Assembly (NCBI GenBank): GCA_905178155.1
Contig: CAJINV010000001.1
Coordinates: 6,762,587 to 6,826,586, forward strand
Reading direction: 5' to 3'
Length of the DNA stretch: 64,000 bases
From: Amoebophrya sp. A120
Taxonomy: Eukaryota; Protista; Dinoflagellata
Shown: positions 14,001-26,000 of the stretch, in pieces
Layout: each line of letters starts with the position of its first letter
Numbering within the stretch: position 1 is the first letter of the stretch
The notes under the pieces: model-generated
Databases searched by the model: none
The model's input: only the letters and a program-made list of their open reading frames with translations
What the model was told of the DNA's origin: nothing
Program-made: the position numbers and the translations under genes

Positions 14001-17000
14001 AAACTCAACATTTTCCGTCGTGATCCCGCTTGAGCTACTTTTCACGAAGACCGGTCGTGACTCACTTTCCAGCGCAAACACGCTATTAATTGCCACGCTG
14101 GCGCGGACCCAGTGCCGGTCAGGTTCCCACCCAATGCGACTACTGAGAAGGTACGTGCGCCATGGTTGCAGCCGCAGAGCAGCAAGAGCAATTGGTGAAG
14201 GCGTTCCAATTCCCACGAAAGATTTTTTGTGAGGGCTTCGCTGTGGTGAATTTCCGGTGACTTCGCAGGTCTCGTTGTCGTCTGCGGCCGCTTCGAGGCT
14301 GACAATCTTGTTCCGCGTATCCGATTCCGCTTTGAGGTACGACTCGAACTCGTCATAAAGTGCATCCGCCGTCTGTAGGAGGCTAACAGTCGAATTGAAG
14401 TGATTCATGCGATGCAGTACTTCCAACGAAAATGCGACATCAGGATGGGTGACTGGAACCTTGTTCTCAACGCGCTCGTCTGTTCCATCTTTGCTTCCAC
14501 CAAGAGCCAGCGGGAGCCACAACATTCGTTGGTCAAGGAAAGTGGCCTTCTTGTAGCAGTTGAGCAGTCGCGGGGTCACAGATACAACTCCGGACCCATT
14601 CGTAGCGGAAGATTCTGATGCTTTCGCCCTTACCGCCATCGCTCTTGCGCTGTAGTAATTTACCGGGAAACACCCCGTGATTTTCTCCTTTTCCGCTCGC
14701 TTCAAAATTTTTGCACGCTCCTCCCCCAGCGTGCCTCTTGCCTCCCGGACGAAATCGCGAAAGCAATCTTTTTCGGAGAAGTAGGAAAAAAGCCTGCGCT
14801 GTTTGGGTCGTCGCTTGCGTGTCCGAATTTTTAGCCCCGTTCTTCCGTATGGCTTGGGGATACGAGGTGGACGACTAGTGATGCTCTCGTTTTCGCCGCG
14901 GACAACGTAGCCCCGATCTTGGTAAGTTGACGAACGCGCAACGAGGTTCTGCACAGCATTTTCATTTTGTTTTTCACCTATTTCCTCCTCTTCTTCCGAA
15001 ATCATGCGAAAGAAATTGTTCCTTTCACTCTCCGACGATGAGGACTCCAGCATGCGCTCGGCCTCGTCGACAGCAGACCGTCGGCAGGTCTCGTGTTTCG
15101 AAACGAGCCCCTTTACTGAAACAGTCGTCAACCGGGTCACCGGGGCATTCGCGACACTTTTCATGGGAGAGCGAGCGTAGGTTGGCCGCAATAGCATGTT
15201 TTGCATCTGCTGGTCCTCACGGGAATCGAGTATCCGCAGCTGATGTTTAGTTTTCACACTTCCGAAGGCGGGTACGGGTTTTGTTGGAAAAGCGCTAGTA
15301 CTTTGGTCCTTGTACTCGTGCAACCCTAATAGTGCGGCAACGTGATTTGACATCCGTTTTCGAAAGTTTCCTCTGGCCTCGTGAGACTGCAGTCCGCGCA
15401 GGAATCCATCGCGAAATCTTCCCCTGGACCGTCTAGAAGTACTACTTGAAAGCTGATGCATTTGCATTTGGTTTTGGGTTGAGCTGCTGCGCATGAATTT
15501 CACGTCTTCCTGCACGTCTTCGTCCGAAGAGAATTCCGTGTCGCTATCATTCCGAAAAACAGCCTGCGATCGCGGAAAACAGAGTAGACTGATCTCACTA
15601 CCGATTGAAGCGGCAGTCGTCGTAGCGCGCCCCTGACTGCTGTGGTCCCTCTGCCGACCCTTCGGTCCTTCAGGGCTGCTGGTGGACATGCTGCCTTCGT
15701 CACTGCTACCCTTGTTCCAAACACTTTTCATTCTGGTAGTGGACCGCCTCGCCCTGTGCGGCTCCACAATCGTCAGGCAGTTGTTGTCTACGAGAAACTT
15801 GTCGATGTCGGAAATGCCAGCGCGTTCGAGTGGGTGAGATTCCTCCTGACCGCTGCAGCTTAGCGAGAACGCGCGCCGTTCCAAGTCCGTTACCGCACAC
15901 TGCCGACGACGGACTCGCACTGGAAGGGTAGTGTTGGCATCGAGCAGAGAATGAAGCGGACCGCCCCATGGCGTAGCGCAAGAAGAACTCGTGAGGACGT
16001 CGCGGCTTATGTAATTATCCTGCTTCCGCTTTCCTGCACTGCGCCTTGCCTTTCTCAGGATTGTTCGTTGTCGCCGCACCATCCCCGAGAAGTTGCCCAA
16101 CACTGTCCTGTCACCGCATCGGGCAAACTGCTCAGGAGCTTCGATCGACGGGATGCGCACGGCACGAATGTCCGCACTGGTGACTCCGTGGTCGAGCGGC
16201 AGGCGTGGCAAATTGTGTTTCACACGCACCGCATTGACGATGTGCCGCACTTCCCACCAAGCGTCCTCTGGGAAAATTATGCCGAGATTTTCCCGGCTCA
16301 CAAAATGCTCCTCGAAACGAATTTCCGGAAAACCGGGCAGACAGCATTTCAGCAGCTCCGCGTCTTCGTCCTCTGTATCGGCGAAGCTACTGTCTAAATC
16401 AGTCCGCGCATCGCCAACACGCCAGGAGGAAGATACGACAGAGGCGGAGGTGTCGTCTATGTCTGGGGGTAAGTTTGGGCTGGTGCTACTAGCGCCATTA
16501 GCTGCACCATAGTTGTTAGCTGATTGAATCACAGAGCGTCTGCTCCCTGGACTGCCGCCGCCAGCAACGGAAGTTGCAGAGCCGCGGCGGTTCTTCTCAC
16601 TGTTGTTCATCAAGATCGACTGCTTTCTTCTACCTGCTCTCGTCGCACCCTGTCTATTCCGACGGCGTGACCGTTGCATGCTGTCGCTGGGGTCCTGTGT
16701 GCGAGAGAAATAGTCGAGCAGGTTCGTTTGCTCGTTTTGCCTCGCCGCTACTGTCTGCTCCCGGATCTGCGAAACGACCTTTGCCCGGGTCGTCTTGTAG
16801 GAAGCAAGCGGCGAGGCTGCGGCTGAATAATTAAGATCCTTGTCTCGGTCTGCAGCAGCTGGCGTCGTCCCTACTGAAAAGTGACTGTTGACATTGTTTT
16901 CTGTTGCTGGTGCAATCGACGCGGATCTGTTGCGGCCCTGCTTCTGTTTATTCTGATTGCCATCGAGATTTGCGAAAACGTCGATGGTTTTCCACGACGC

Positions 17001-18645
17001 TACGTAGGAACTCGTTACACTTGAAGCTCCGACATTCCCGTTGTTCAAAACGTCTTTTATTTCAGCTTGTGTGTCAGCTCGAGCTCCTTCGACATCCTCC
17101 CCACGAGTCGGACTTTCCTCGACCTGGTGCTGCTCCATGAACACTCTTTCCTCGTCTTCCTGTTGCTGCCGCCGCTTTCTTTCCTGAAACGCGCGCTTTC
17201 TCGCCAGGTACATCCCGTCGTCCCGCGCTGCGCCGAAAAATACTTGCAGCTGTGCCAGTCGTCGTTCGCAGCAGCCGCGCCAGCATCGCTGAACGTGTGT
17301 TGCAGCCTCGTTCTGGAGTCGCTTCTCGCAGAATCGCGCGACCCAAAGGCGGGCAATTTTTTGGATTTTCCTGGCGCTCCGCTCGTGGTGCGATAATCGC
17401 CAGCACGTGCGGTTGAACTCGGAGCAGAGTTGCTGCAAGTGTCGCTCCACCTTGCGACGCCACAAAAACCGACGCACCGACGCCTGCGCCTTCACCAAGC
17501 GCTGCTCGAATTTTCGAAATCTTGTTGCGAGTCGCCATCCGCGCCAGCGACGCTGAATCTGCACACTGGCAGAGCACCAGTTGCTGAAGTGTACTAAGTG
17601 AGAAACGCAAGACGAAAGGCTCTCCAGGTACAGAGTTTGTTGCGACTTATCCACGAAGCTGTTCTGTCCCAACAAGCTGCCTGAAAGTGCAGCGCCAAAC
17701 CGACTCTTTGAGGAAGAGTCCAGTGTGCCAAAGACCCCATTTTTACCTCTTCGTTCCATCGCCGAAGCAAAAGAATACAGCTGCAGCTCGGTAGTTTGTC
17801 CGAGCGCCCGGTAGCGGTGCTCGAATACCTCGTACCGACCGGTCGTTGCGACCGGGGCGCAGCACTCTGGAATCCGCTCGTCATCCGTGATCACGTGCGT
17901 GTCGATGGCCAAGAACTGCGGGAACTCCGTTAGAATGCGTTCGCGGTACTCCTTCCCAACATGGAGCTGCCACGGGTTTCCGAACAGCGTGAGCCAGAGA
18001 AGTGAGGCCGACAAACGGACGGAGTTTTGCATGGTCTGCGCGTCGTGCAACTGGTTGCCCTGTAGGTGTTTGCGGTAGAAACTTATGCTGGCTATGAGAC
18101 CCATTTCTGCTAATGTGTCCAGCAGGGACGAGACGAAAAAACGTAAGGCATGAAAAAGTACGCAGCAACATGACTACGTCCAAATAGCAGATCCGCAGTT
18201 GCGACAAGTAGATCGCCGGCACCGTAGACAAATTCGTTTCCCCAAGGTCCAAAAATTCGAGCGCTCGCGTCTGCCGCTCCAGGTTCCGGAACAGCGTGTC
18301 CTGGTGACAATCTGCATGGCTGGACAAATCCACGCCACTTCCTCTGAGTCGCAGAGCCCGCAGGTTTCGGTAGGACGCGGACCGCAGGACAGGGATGAGC
18401 AGGTGAATGGCGGCAGAATTACTCTGTTCTCCATCCTGATTCGCGTTTGATGACGTCGCTAATGCGCTGGTCTCTGAGGGTGATGAAAGATCGGGGTCGA
18501 TTACCACCGGATTGTGTGGATCTGCACCTCCGCCTGCAGCCTCATTCCATACTTCACCTGCGGATGAAACGTGGATGCGAGGCGCCTGAAACGCGCCAAA
18601 CACTCGGTAGGCAGCATCCGGCTGCGCAAACTCATTTTGTTGCAT
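8076..18645 (-). CDS. Giant (~3,480 aa) LRR/LRRcap + IQ-motif + coiled-coil protein (LRRIQ3-like N-terminus)
   Basis: GT-AG intron 18060-18177 joins LEFLDLGETNL...LRICYLD to GNQL (LRR). LRRcap-like LTLFGNPW..EYRERILTEFPQFLAIDTHVITDDER. IQ motifs IQRRWRGW, AQASVRRFL, IQKIARLW, VQRCWRGC, IQSAFRRFL, VQRFWRW. C-terminal charged coiled coils. The second exon is ~10 kb and open throughout. Confidence 0.75.
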
Positions 18646-18996
18646 GATTTCAACATTTCTCTACTTGCTACATTGAATGAAACGCTTTCATTCTATGTCA
18701 CGCAGCGTTTTCAGACGAGTTTACATCTCGTCAAGAGCAGTGCCACGACACTCACGACCGCCCCCACTCTTCCGTGCATCATGATACTCGTGCGCCTCCT
18801 ACCACTCTGATTGAATCACCTAAGTATATACCCGCAGCCACAGTGTTAGCACTTTACATCAGGAGAACGCAGCAAGATCCACACAGGAATCGCACAACGG
18901 CTGCATTTGAATAAGGAAGGATCTCGTTCATTATCCCATAAGCATTGCGTTCAATTCGTTTATTTCGTTTCGCGGCTGTGTTGATAGCATCCATTT

Positions 18997-20254
18997 TTAG
19001 TTCATCAGAACATCGTTCTGCACAGAAGTCCCAGCGATTTTCTTATCTCGCATTGCCAAAACTGCGAGCACATTTTCGGCAAAACTCGGCAACTCCTTGA
19101 CGTGGCTGGCATTCTCCGACCCGAACATCTCGAGGAATTTCCGTTGCCGGCGCAAGTGAATCCAGTGGTTGACTTCCCATATCTTCGCGAGTGGCTCCTT
19201 CGCCCCACCCGGCTGGCAAATCTGGTACGGTGGCGGCCCGTGCTCCGCGATCATGCTGGTGATCTTGTCGCCGCGCGCTTTTTGGAGCTGCCAAATTTTG
19301 TTCCACCAAGTCTCGTGTTGTTCGACGTGACCGAGCCACCTGAAAGAGTGCAAGGGGCAAAATTGGAAAGAAATAATTATGTTGATCTATCGTTCATTGT
19401 GATTCGTCCTTTCGCGATATAAGAAGCCCCGTAAAAACTCCATAATACATCACCACGATCGGAAATAAATTCACTTTAGTATACTCATCTGCTCTTGGGT
19501 CGGGAACCTGCGAACCTTGCTCGTGCCCCACACGGCAGTGCGTGTGGTAGACGTTTTTGGAGCAAAACTCGATCGCCTTGCTGACGTTCCCGTCCATCGA
19601 TTCCGAAACGCAAACCCAATGCGAGAAGTCCGCACAGAGTTTGAGGCTCGGGAAATTTTTCAATATTTCGATCGTCCTCCAAGGAGAATATAGGATCCGC
19701 GAGCGGTGGGTCTCGTGGCAGATGGGGACTTCTCCAGCATATACTTCGAAAGCCAATGCACATCTGAAGAACTGCTCAGCCATCCGCGCGGTAAAGAAGT
19801 CTCGCCCACTGTGAGATACAATCAGATGTAGCGGAAGGCCAAATCGATGCTTCCAGAAGCTAGCTTTGTTTACTTGCTCCTTCCACACGTCGAAGTGCAT
19901 GTCCGCAAAGGCATCTCCCTCCCTCCCATCCATATCTAACACTCCCCCCTTCGGCTCCGTCGGCGGCGCCGTGTACCCCTCGTACGGTCCGCCCCACAAA
20001 ATCCCCGCTCCAGGGCAGACGACGTTGTCTGTGAAGATCATGACGTTGCACTTCATATTATTCTCCACTAGCAGCTTCGTCATCCTTTCCACTCCATGGA
20101 ACAGAAGGAGTTTGAAAGGGATCTCGATTCCATCGAACCCCAACTGGGCCAACAAGGGAATCGTTTCCTCCATCGTGTGCACAGGCGAACGCGCGGCAGG
20201 GCCGTCGCACTCGTCCGTAACACCCCACAAAGTCCGGAATTGGAGCAGCTTCAT
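18997..20254 (-). CDS. Xylose-isomerase-like TIM barrel (AP_endonuc_2) sugar phosphate isomerase/epimerase
   Basis: FRTLWG, GFDGIE, HSGRDFF, CHETHRSRILYSPW, ADFSHWVCVSE, HTHCRVG..QGSQVPDPR. GT-AG intron 19340-19484 joins to WW..IW...AEHGPPPYQ. Confidence 0.85.
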
Positions 20255-20786
20255 GGTTTCGATAAACTTTTTGTTTTCAAAGAGTTTGAAGAAATTCCGT
20301 GCAAGTGAAAATCTTTTCTAGCAGGCTGACACCGCGAACGAGGCAGGTGCTGGTGTCCTAGTCTAAATTGCTTCTCATATGATCTGTGGTGATTGTATCT
20401 GTACGGCCAGATAAGACTTCAGCAAAGGCAGTAGTGAGCTTCTAGGATGCATCAGAACCAAATTGATCAGAGATGCGATCTCGAGGATGGAGATCGCCTT
20501 GGTGATCCAGATCATGAAACAAGTTTCTGAACATCCTCTCAACCACCCCGTGAAAATCAAAGCACACGACTGCACTGTCTTGTCTATCGTTTATTTTTAC
20601 CTGTCCCTATTTATTTTACAACCGTCTTCGTGGAAGCTGCACAAGATCTATGTCAATCCGAGACTCGAATGAACCACTCCTCAACAAAATAAAATTGTCG
20701 TGGACACCAGCACTACGGGCAACATGATCTGTATTAATCACAAAAAACAGAGGATCTAAAACATGCATGATCATACGACAACACAA

Positions 20787-22315
20787 TCACAAGTTCGCAC
20801 CACCACCTCGTTTCTCCGGCTTAAACCGTTTCCCCTTGTACAGAATAGGCACCGTTTCACGCACTTTACTCAACCACAGGGACAGCGGCTTCAAGCTTTT
20901 CTCGTCCTGCAGCTCGGGCAGCGCGGGCGGCATCTCGATATCGCCAATGAACCCGATTCCGGCCAACCGCTCCATCATGGCGTAGAGACCGCACTGTGCG
21001 CCGGTCAGTGACTCAGGAGGCGTTGGCGCTGTGTAAAGGTCTTTCAACCCCGTTCCCAAAAACTCGATCAGCCGTCGGCGCACCCGCTCTTCTACCTCCG
21101 GCGACCCCGCTTCCGCCATGGTTTGGCAGGCGCAGAGCTGCAAATCACTGTCGTACTCCGCTAGGTCCCGTTGGATCGAAGCTAGAAAACTCGCCCGCTG
21201 CGACTTTATAACCCGCTCAGGTGTTACAATCTCAAACGTTACAATAGAATTTGGAATTTGTCTTGCAAAATCCGTAACATCTGGCCTACTTCCAAAGGAG
21301 CGCGCATGACAAGTTTCGGAGCTCCAAACCCCAGGAGAATCATCTGACGAAATTTGTATTGCGAAAAGCCCAAGTCCCTGTATGGTACTCATGCTGTTCA
21401 CGCAAGACAAATTCCAGATTCTATTGTAACGTTTGAGATTGTAACATCCGAGCACGCCATAGAATTCGTCAGGTAGTCCACGGCACTTCCCCGAAAAGCG
21501 AAGATGAAGCCGGGCAGGTTGTCTTTGAATTTCTTCTTCATGGACCGCTCGTAACTCGGCGGGTAAATCCAGTTGTAGTAGAGTAAAAAGGAGTTCAACT
21601 CTTTTCCAATCTTGATTTCGCTAAATTTGAAATCCGCGGCCGCATCTGGGAAAAAGGGAGAAATCTTTATTTTCTCGATTGTTTCTTCACTCCTGGTTGT
21701 TACTGGAAGAGCAGATGTGCCGGCGTGGGAGAAAATTTCGTCTAATCGTTGGAAAATCTTGTCCGAATCCGGCACGATTTCGTCTGGTTTTCCATTTTCC
21801 GTAAATTTGATCACCATCTCCGGGGTCAGGAGGCCGCCAGAGGGCAATTTTCGCCGACTGGGAATCACACTAACGTGGTCGACGAAGTGAGGCAATTTCC
21901 GGGATTGCAACCCCGCGAGCGTTTTCGCGGCGAACTGAGAGCCGCCCAGCACGTAAATCGTGAGCCTTTCAACGCCGAAGTTCCGAATCTGCACCATGTT
22001 TTGTTCGTCGTTGTTGGCACCAGCAGTAGTTCTTGTCGATTTATTCGCAGATCCAGCAGCTTCTCCAGGCGCAGAAGGATTTATTTCCGGGTTAGACGAG
22101 TCAGTACTGGAGGTCATGGTTGGTGCAAAGGGGTGCCGCGAGAAATCTGAAAGTTGCACTGATGTGGAAGATCCTGTGGATGCCGTTGTACTGAACGGAC
22201 GGAGATTAGGACTAGGGGGCTGGACGGACGGATTAGGACTAGGGGGCTGGTGTTCCTGGGGCTGTACAGCCAAAAATGGCAAACTTCTCGCGCTCAAACG
22301 TAAAAGTCGCACCAT
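20787..22315 (-). CDS. Glutathione-S-transferase/glutaredoxin-fold protein (PTGES2/metaxin-like), probable mitochondrial presequence; interrupted by element C
   Basis: N-terminus MVRLLRLSARSLPFL. GST-N-like LTIYVLGGSQFAAK...LTPEM...DSDKIFQRL. GST-C-like LTGAQCGLYAMMERL...LWLSKV. The two ORFs (21398..22315, 20787..21455) join in frame if 242 nt spanning the inverted-repeat element are removed. Confidence 0.6.
21215..21453. mobile_element. Inverted-repeat intronic element C (239 bp), different TIR family
   Basis: ~52-bp TIR with 3 mismatches (21215-21266 / 21402-21453) containing a tandem GTTACAAT. No clear 5-bp direct repeat. Internal 21304-21325 is 21/22 identical to the reverse complement of 24508-24529 in element D. 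Confidence 0.85.
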
Positions 22316-23003
22316 GCTTGCAATGTTCGTGGATAATGTCGTTGTGTGATGTAATACTCAGACTGTACCAGAACCAGTCTGCAACCAAGAAGGAGTCTGT
22401 CTTCATCGGCAATTATGGCGCAATCCGTCTACTCTGTTACTTACTGGTTTTCGATAGGCATCAAGAAGCTTGAAGCAGAAACGCAGAAGCGAGATATCAT
22501 GAGGAACACGTTCGCGTCGCGTCATATCTCGCGAAAGAATTAGTTTGTCTGCGGTGACCGACTGAATTCTACCTTCAGCTTTGTTTATTTCATCAAGGGT
22601 CGCAGTTCAGTTCGATACTCTCCTTAGAAGTGGCTGGAGTTGATAGATTACGAATAAGCGTCGTGACAAAACAGCTCTGTTTTTGGCCGCATAATCGAGT
22701 TAAGTACTATAGGACCTGCGGAGGATCAATGGCGTCAGGGGACCTTCTAGGCAGCTACAGAAGTCGTCGGGTGCCATTCATTGTTAGCCGAAGCCGAACT
22801 TTTCCGAGCAGAATCAATGCGGACAGTGTGTAGTTGGGTAGAAAGCTTTTGCACTTCCTGCTCCACGTTTCAGAATAGGTGAGGACAATCGACATGAACA
22901 AAATGTCGTAAGTGTATTGATGATTCAATTTTAAGCTTGACCTTGACTCGTCTCGCACGACCACCCTGCTAGCTCATCAAGCAGCAAGCCTCATTCATAC
23001 TCA

Positions 23004-26000
23004 CTACGTCGCTACCGCGCCGCCCATTTGCATTTGCTGCATTTGCTGCGTCACCGTTAGGAGCCCGGTTACTCGACCCATAATCTCATTGAGCCGCTTG
23101 TCGTAGGGAAAGGCTTTCGCCTCCGCGCTCGTTGTCAAGATTTCTTCCTTCCGCGCCTTTTCCTTGTCCCCAAGCAACTGCTCAGCCTTGAAGATCTTGT
23201 ACTTGCAGCGGGTGTCGTCGTTGTAGGTCTCCTTTTCGCACATCAGTACCATCTTCCAGCGTGTGAAAAACTTGTCGTTGAACAGATTCTCGATCTGCTG
23301 ACCGTCCTGCGCGTTCGTCTCCTTGCTCTGCCACTTCTTCCACAGCGTCCGTGCCGGCAGCGGCTTTTCCTGCATCTCCCCAGCCGTGAGCGGTACGCCG
23401 GTCTCCTCATCGTGGTACATTGCCTGACCGAACTGGTTTACCTGCTGGTTGCCGTGCTGGTCAACCAACGGCTGCCAGGCTTGCAAAATGTTTTGTCGAT
23501 CCGCCAGCAGGGTTCCCCCAATATCGTCAAACGCCGTCGCCACGGTGGACCCGGACTCGTCCGTCAAATGCATCCGGATGATGTATCGTGGGTCGGGCTG
23601 TCGTGCAGAAGTAGACATTGAGTGAAGCTTCGTTTTTGATTTGAAATCGCGCTCGTGTGCATCAGTGTGAGTCTGTTGCTGGAACAAAAAGGGAGCTACT
23701 TCTTACCTAATCAGACGCCTCTCTATGCGTGTGCAACAAGATGCGAACGAAGTAAGCGAAAACAAGCATGAAAGAAAAGCGACGTGCTTCTCCTATAAAT
23801 AAAAGCAAAAAGCTGTAGCTTAAGAATACGTTCAGAGTTTTGTGCCCATCCGCGCATACCCAGTAGTCCGGGTTGTCACCGAACCCGACCTTGTCCAGTT
23901 TCTTGCGGCACTCGCTAATTTTTGTTTTTGTCGGATCGCCATAGACTGGGCGCTCGACCTTTTCCGGGCACGCCAGGTAGTAGGGTTCCTTGCTGTGTGC
24001 GATCGACGCGATTTCCACGCATTCCAGGTTATGCCAAAGCACCTGACGATAATGCCAACATTAGAGACCATGAGACTTTGACTCTCACGACCTGGACCTG
24101 CAAGCATGACAAAGAAAAAGAATATCGTTTTAAAGTACTAGCCGTGGCATGATCAATATCAACCCAAAGGGCACCACCACAAACAAGAGCGCTACTGCAG
24201 CTTACCCTGGGCGGCTCGCCGCCGTCTGCGGTGGGTTGTGGGTCCAGCAGCTTGTGCTGTTCCGCCAGGATTTCCCGAATCGTTTGACTCCCGCGACCCT
24301 TTGCCCCGTTGGAGCGCTGCCCGCCGAGCCTTCGCGCCTGGTTGACCAGTTGCGGGTTATCAAATGCAAAAATGTCTGGGTCTGGAAGAATTCATGTTTG
24401 TCATGCTTGTCTGACATGACTCTTAAATCTGTCATGCACGTTACCCAAGAGCTCCGTTTCTCTGTGATGCAGAAGCGCAGTTTGTCTTGCAGAATAGGCA
24501 ACACCTAGGAGCTCAGAAACTTGTCATGCTGCGCCAGCATTTGTAGCCTCATCATGAGACGCCACCCAGCATCACAAGTTTCCAGACCCAGACATTTTTG
24601 CATTTGATACGGGTTGTTGTTGTACCAGGTCAGGATCTCTTGCACGCGCTGATCCGAAGGGAGAGGCTCCGTAACCTGGCCGCCGCTCAAGGTGCGGCCT
24701 TGAAAGTCCCCTACCTGCGCGCCCTTCACGTACCAGACGACTCCCACTTGCGGCGTCGACGCCTTTAGTTTTTCACCTTTCTGGCCCCAAACAGTAAGAC
24801 CGATGCTGCACCCAGACTGGTCAACCAGCTGGAATTCCACCTTGGCGCTTTCCCCATTTTTCGTGTTGACCATCGCCGTATCGCCAATCTCGTGCACGAT
24901 GGCGCAAATGTCAACCTTCTTGCCTTTCTCCGTTGTCTCGACCGTGCTGATTTTGACGAAGTTCCAGTTGCCGTCTGGAATGGCGCCGCAGTCGGCTTCC
25001 GGAACTGGCGTAATCTGCGTGCTCTTGTTGAAGGTAATCTCGAACCTGTTCGGGATTTCGATTAATGTGTGATGGGCTTCTTCTTCTTTATTTGAGTTCT
25101 GTTTTTGCATATGACAAATGCAATCTTGCATGCTCTCTGACATTCTCGAACCAGAGCTAGAAAGACGGGATGTCACGAGAGGATGTAGAGCCCGCTGGTG
25201 CGACATGTTTCGTAATCTTACGCTGCCAGATCACATACACAGGGCACTGGCAAACAACAAACTGGAACTCAATGACTACAGGACAGAAAAAAGCACGCTG
25301 ATACTCTGCGTTCGGGCGGTATCTCTTGTTGGCGTTCTTCACCTCTCCTTTGTGAAAGATGTAGCAGCTGCCTTCTTGCAGAATTTGGAAAAACTTCTGC
25401 GCTTCGTTGCCGAAAAAGGTGCCGCTTATCTCGCTGAGGTGTTCATCCATCAGCTCAACGTTGAACCTGCAGCGGAATTGTAATTGATTACTCCTCACTT
25501 TCGATTTGATATTTCTTTTTCAAACAAGCTCATCAAGTCGTGCTCTGCAGATGCTATATGCATGCTGATCGCCGTCACCAAAGAATGGATCTATCTCTTG
25601 ATGTTGATGTCACCTCCATTTTTCAACTTCAAGCATGAGAGTGCAGCGCGCTACAGCTGGCTATCTCTTTTCTACCTAGTTCTAGCAAGCAAACGGAGCA
25701 TGAGCAAAGCCGCAAAACTTGAAAACAAAAATCTTTCGTACAGCTGCCCCTCGCCTCGCTGATTCGTGAATTTCCGCATTTCGCTTTTGCTGATTACCCG
25801 GGCAAAAATCTTGAACCCCCCAGCGTAGCACGAGAGGTCTCGGATCGGCATATAGCCCTTGGGGCGATTACCGGTGTCAGCAGCACCAATCCGCTGAATC
25901 GGGCCTCGGGACGAGGACGCAGCCGCGTTGCCGGTGCTGATGTGAAGAGTGCGAAAAAAATTGAAAACGCATTTCGCTGTTAACATACATGATCCTGCTA

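Noticed and set aside
18060-18104. ATG 18104 as start of the 3342-aa ORF
   Set aside because: It lies within a GT-AG intron (18060-18177) whose removal completes an LRR with the upstream exon.
22197-22250. Short tandem duplication encoding QPPSPN twice
   Set aside because: A simple in-frame slippage duplication in a low-complexity presequence region.
22268-22280. GCCATTTTTGGCT on the minus strand resembling the dinoflagellate spliced leader core GCCATTTTGGCT
   Set aside because: It has an extra T, the flanks do not match, and it lies in coding sequence (LPFLAV); probably chance.
22489-22532. 9-bp inverted repeat GCGAGATAT/ATATCTCGC in intergenic DNA
   Set aside because: Too short, no direct repeat and no match to the element families.
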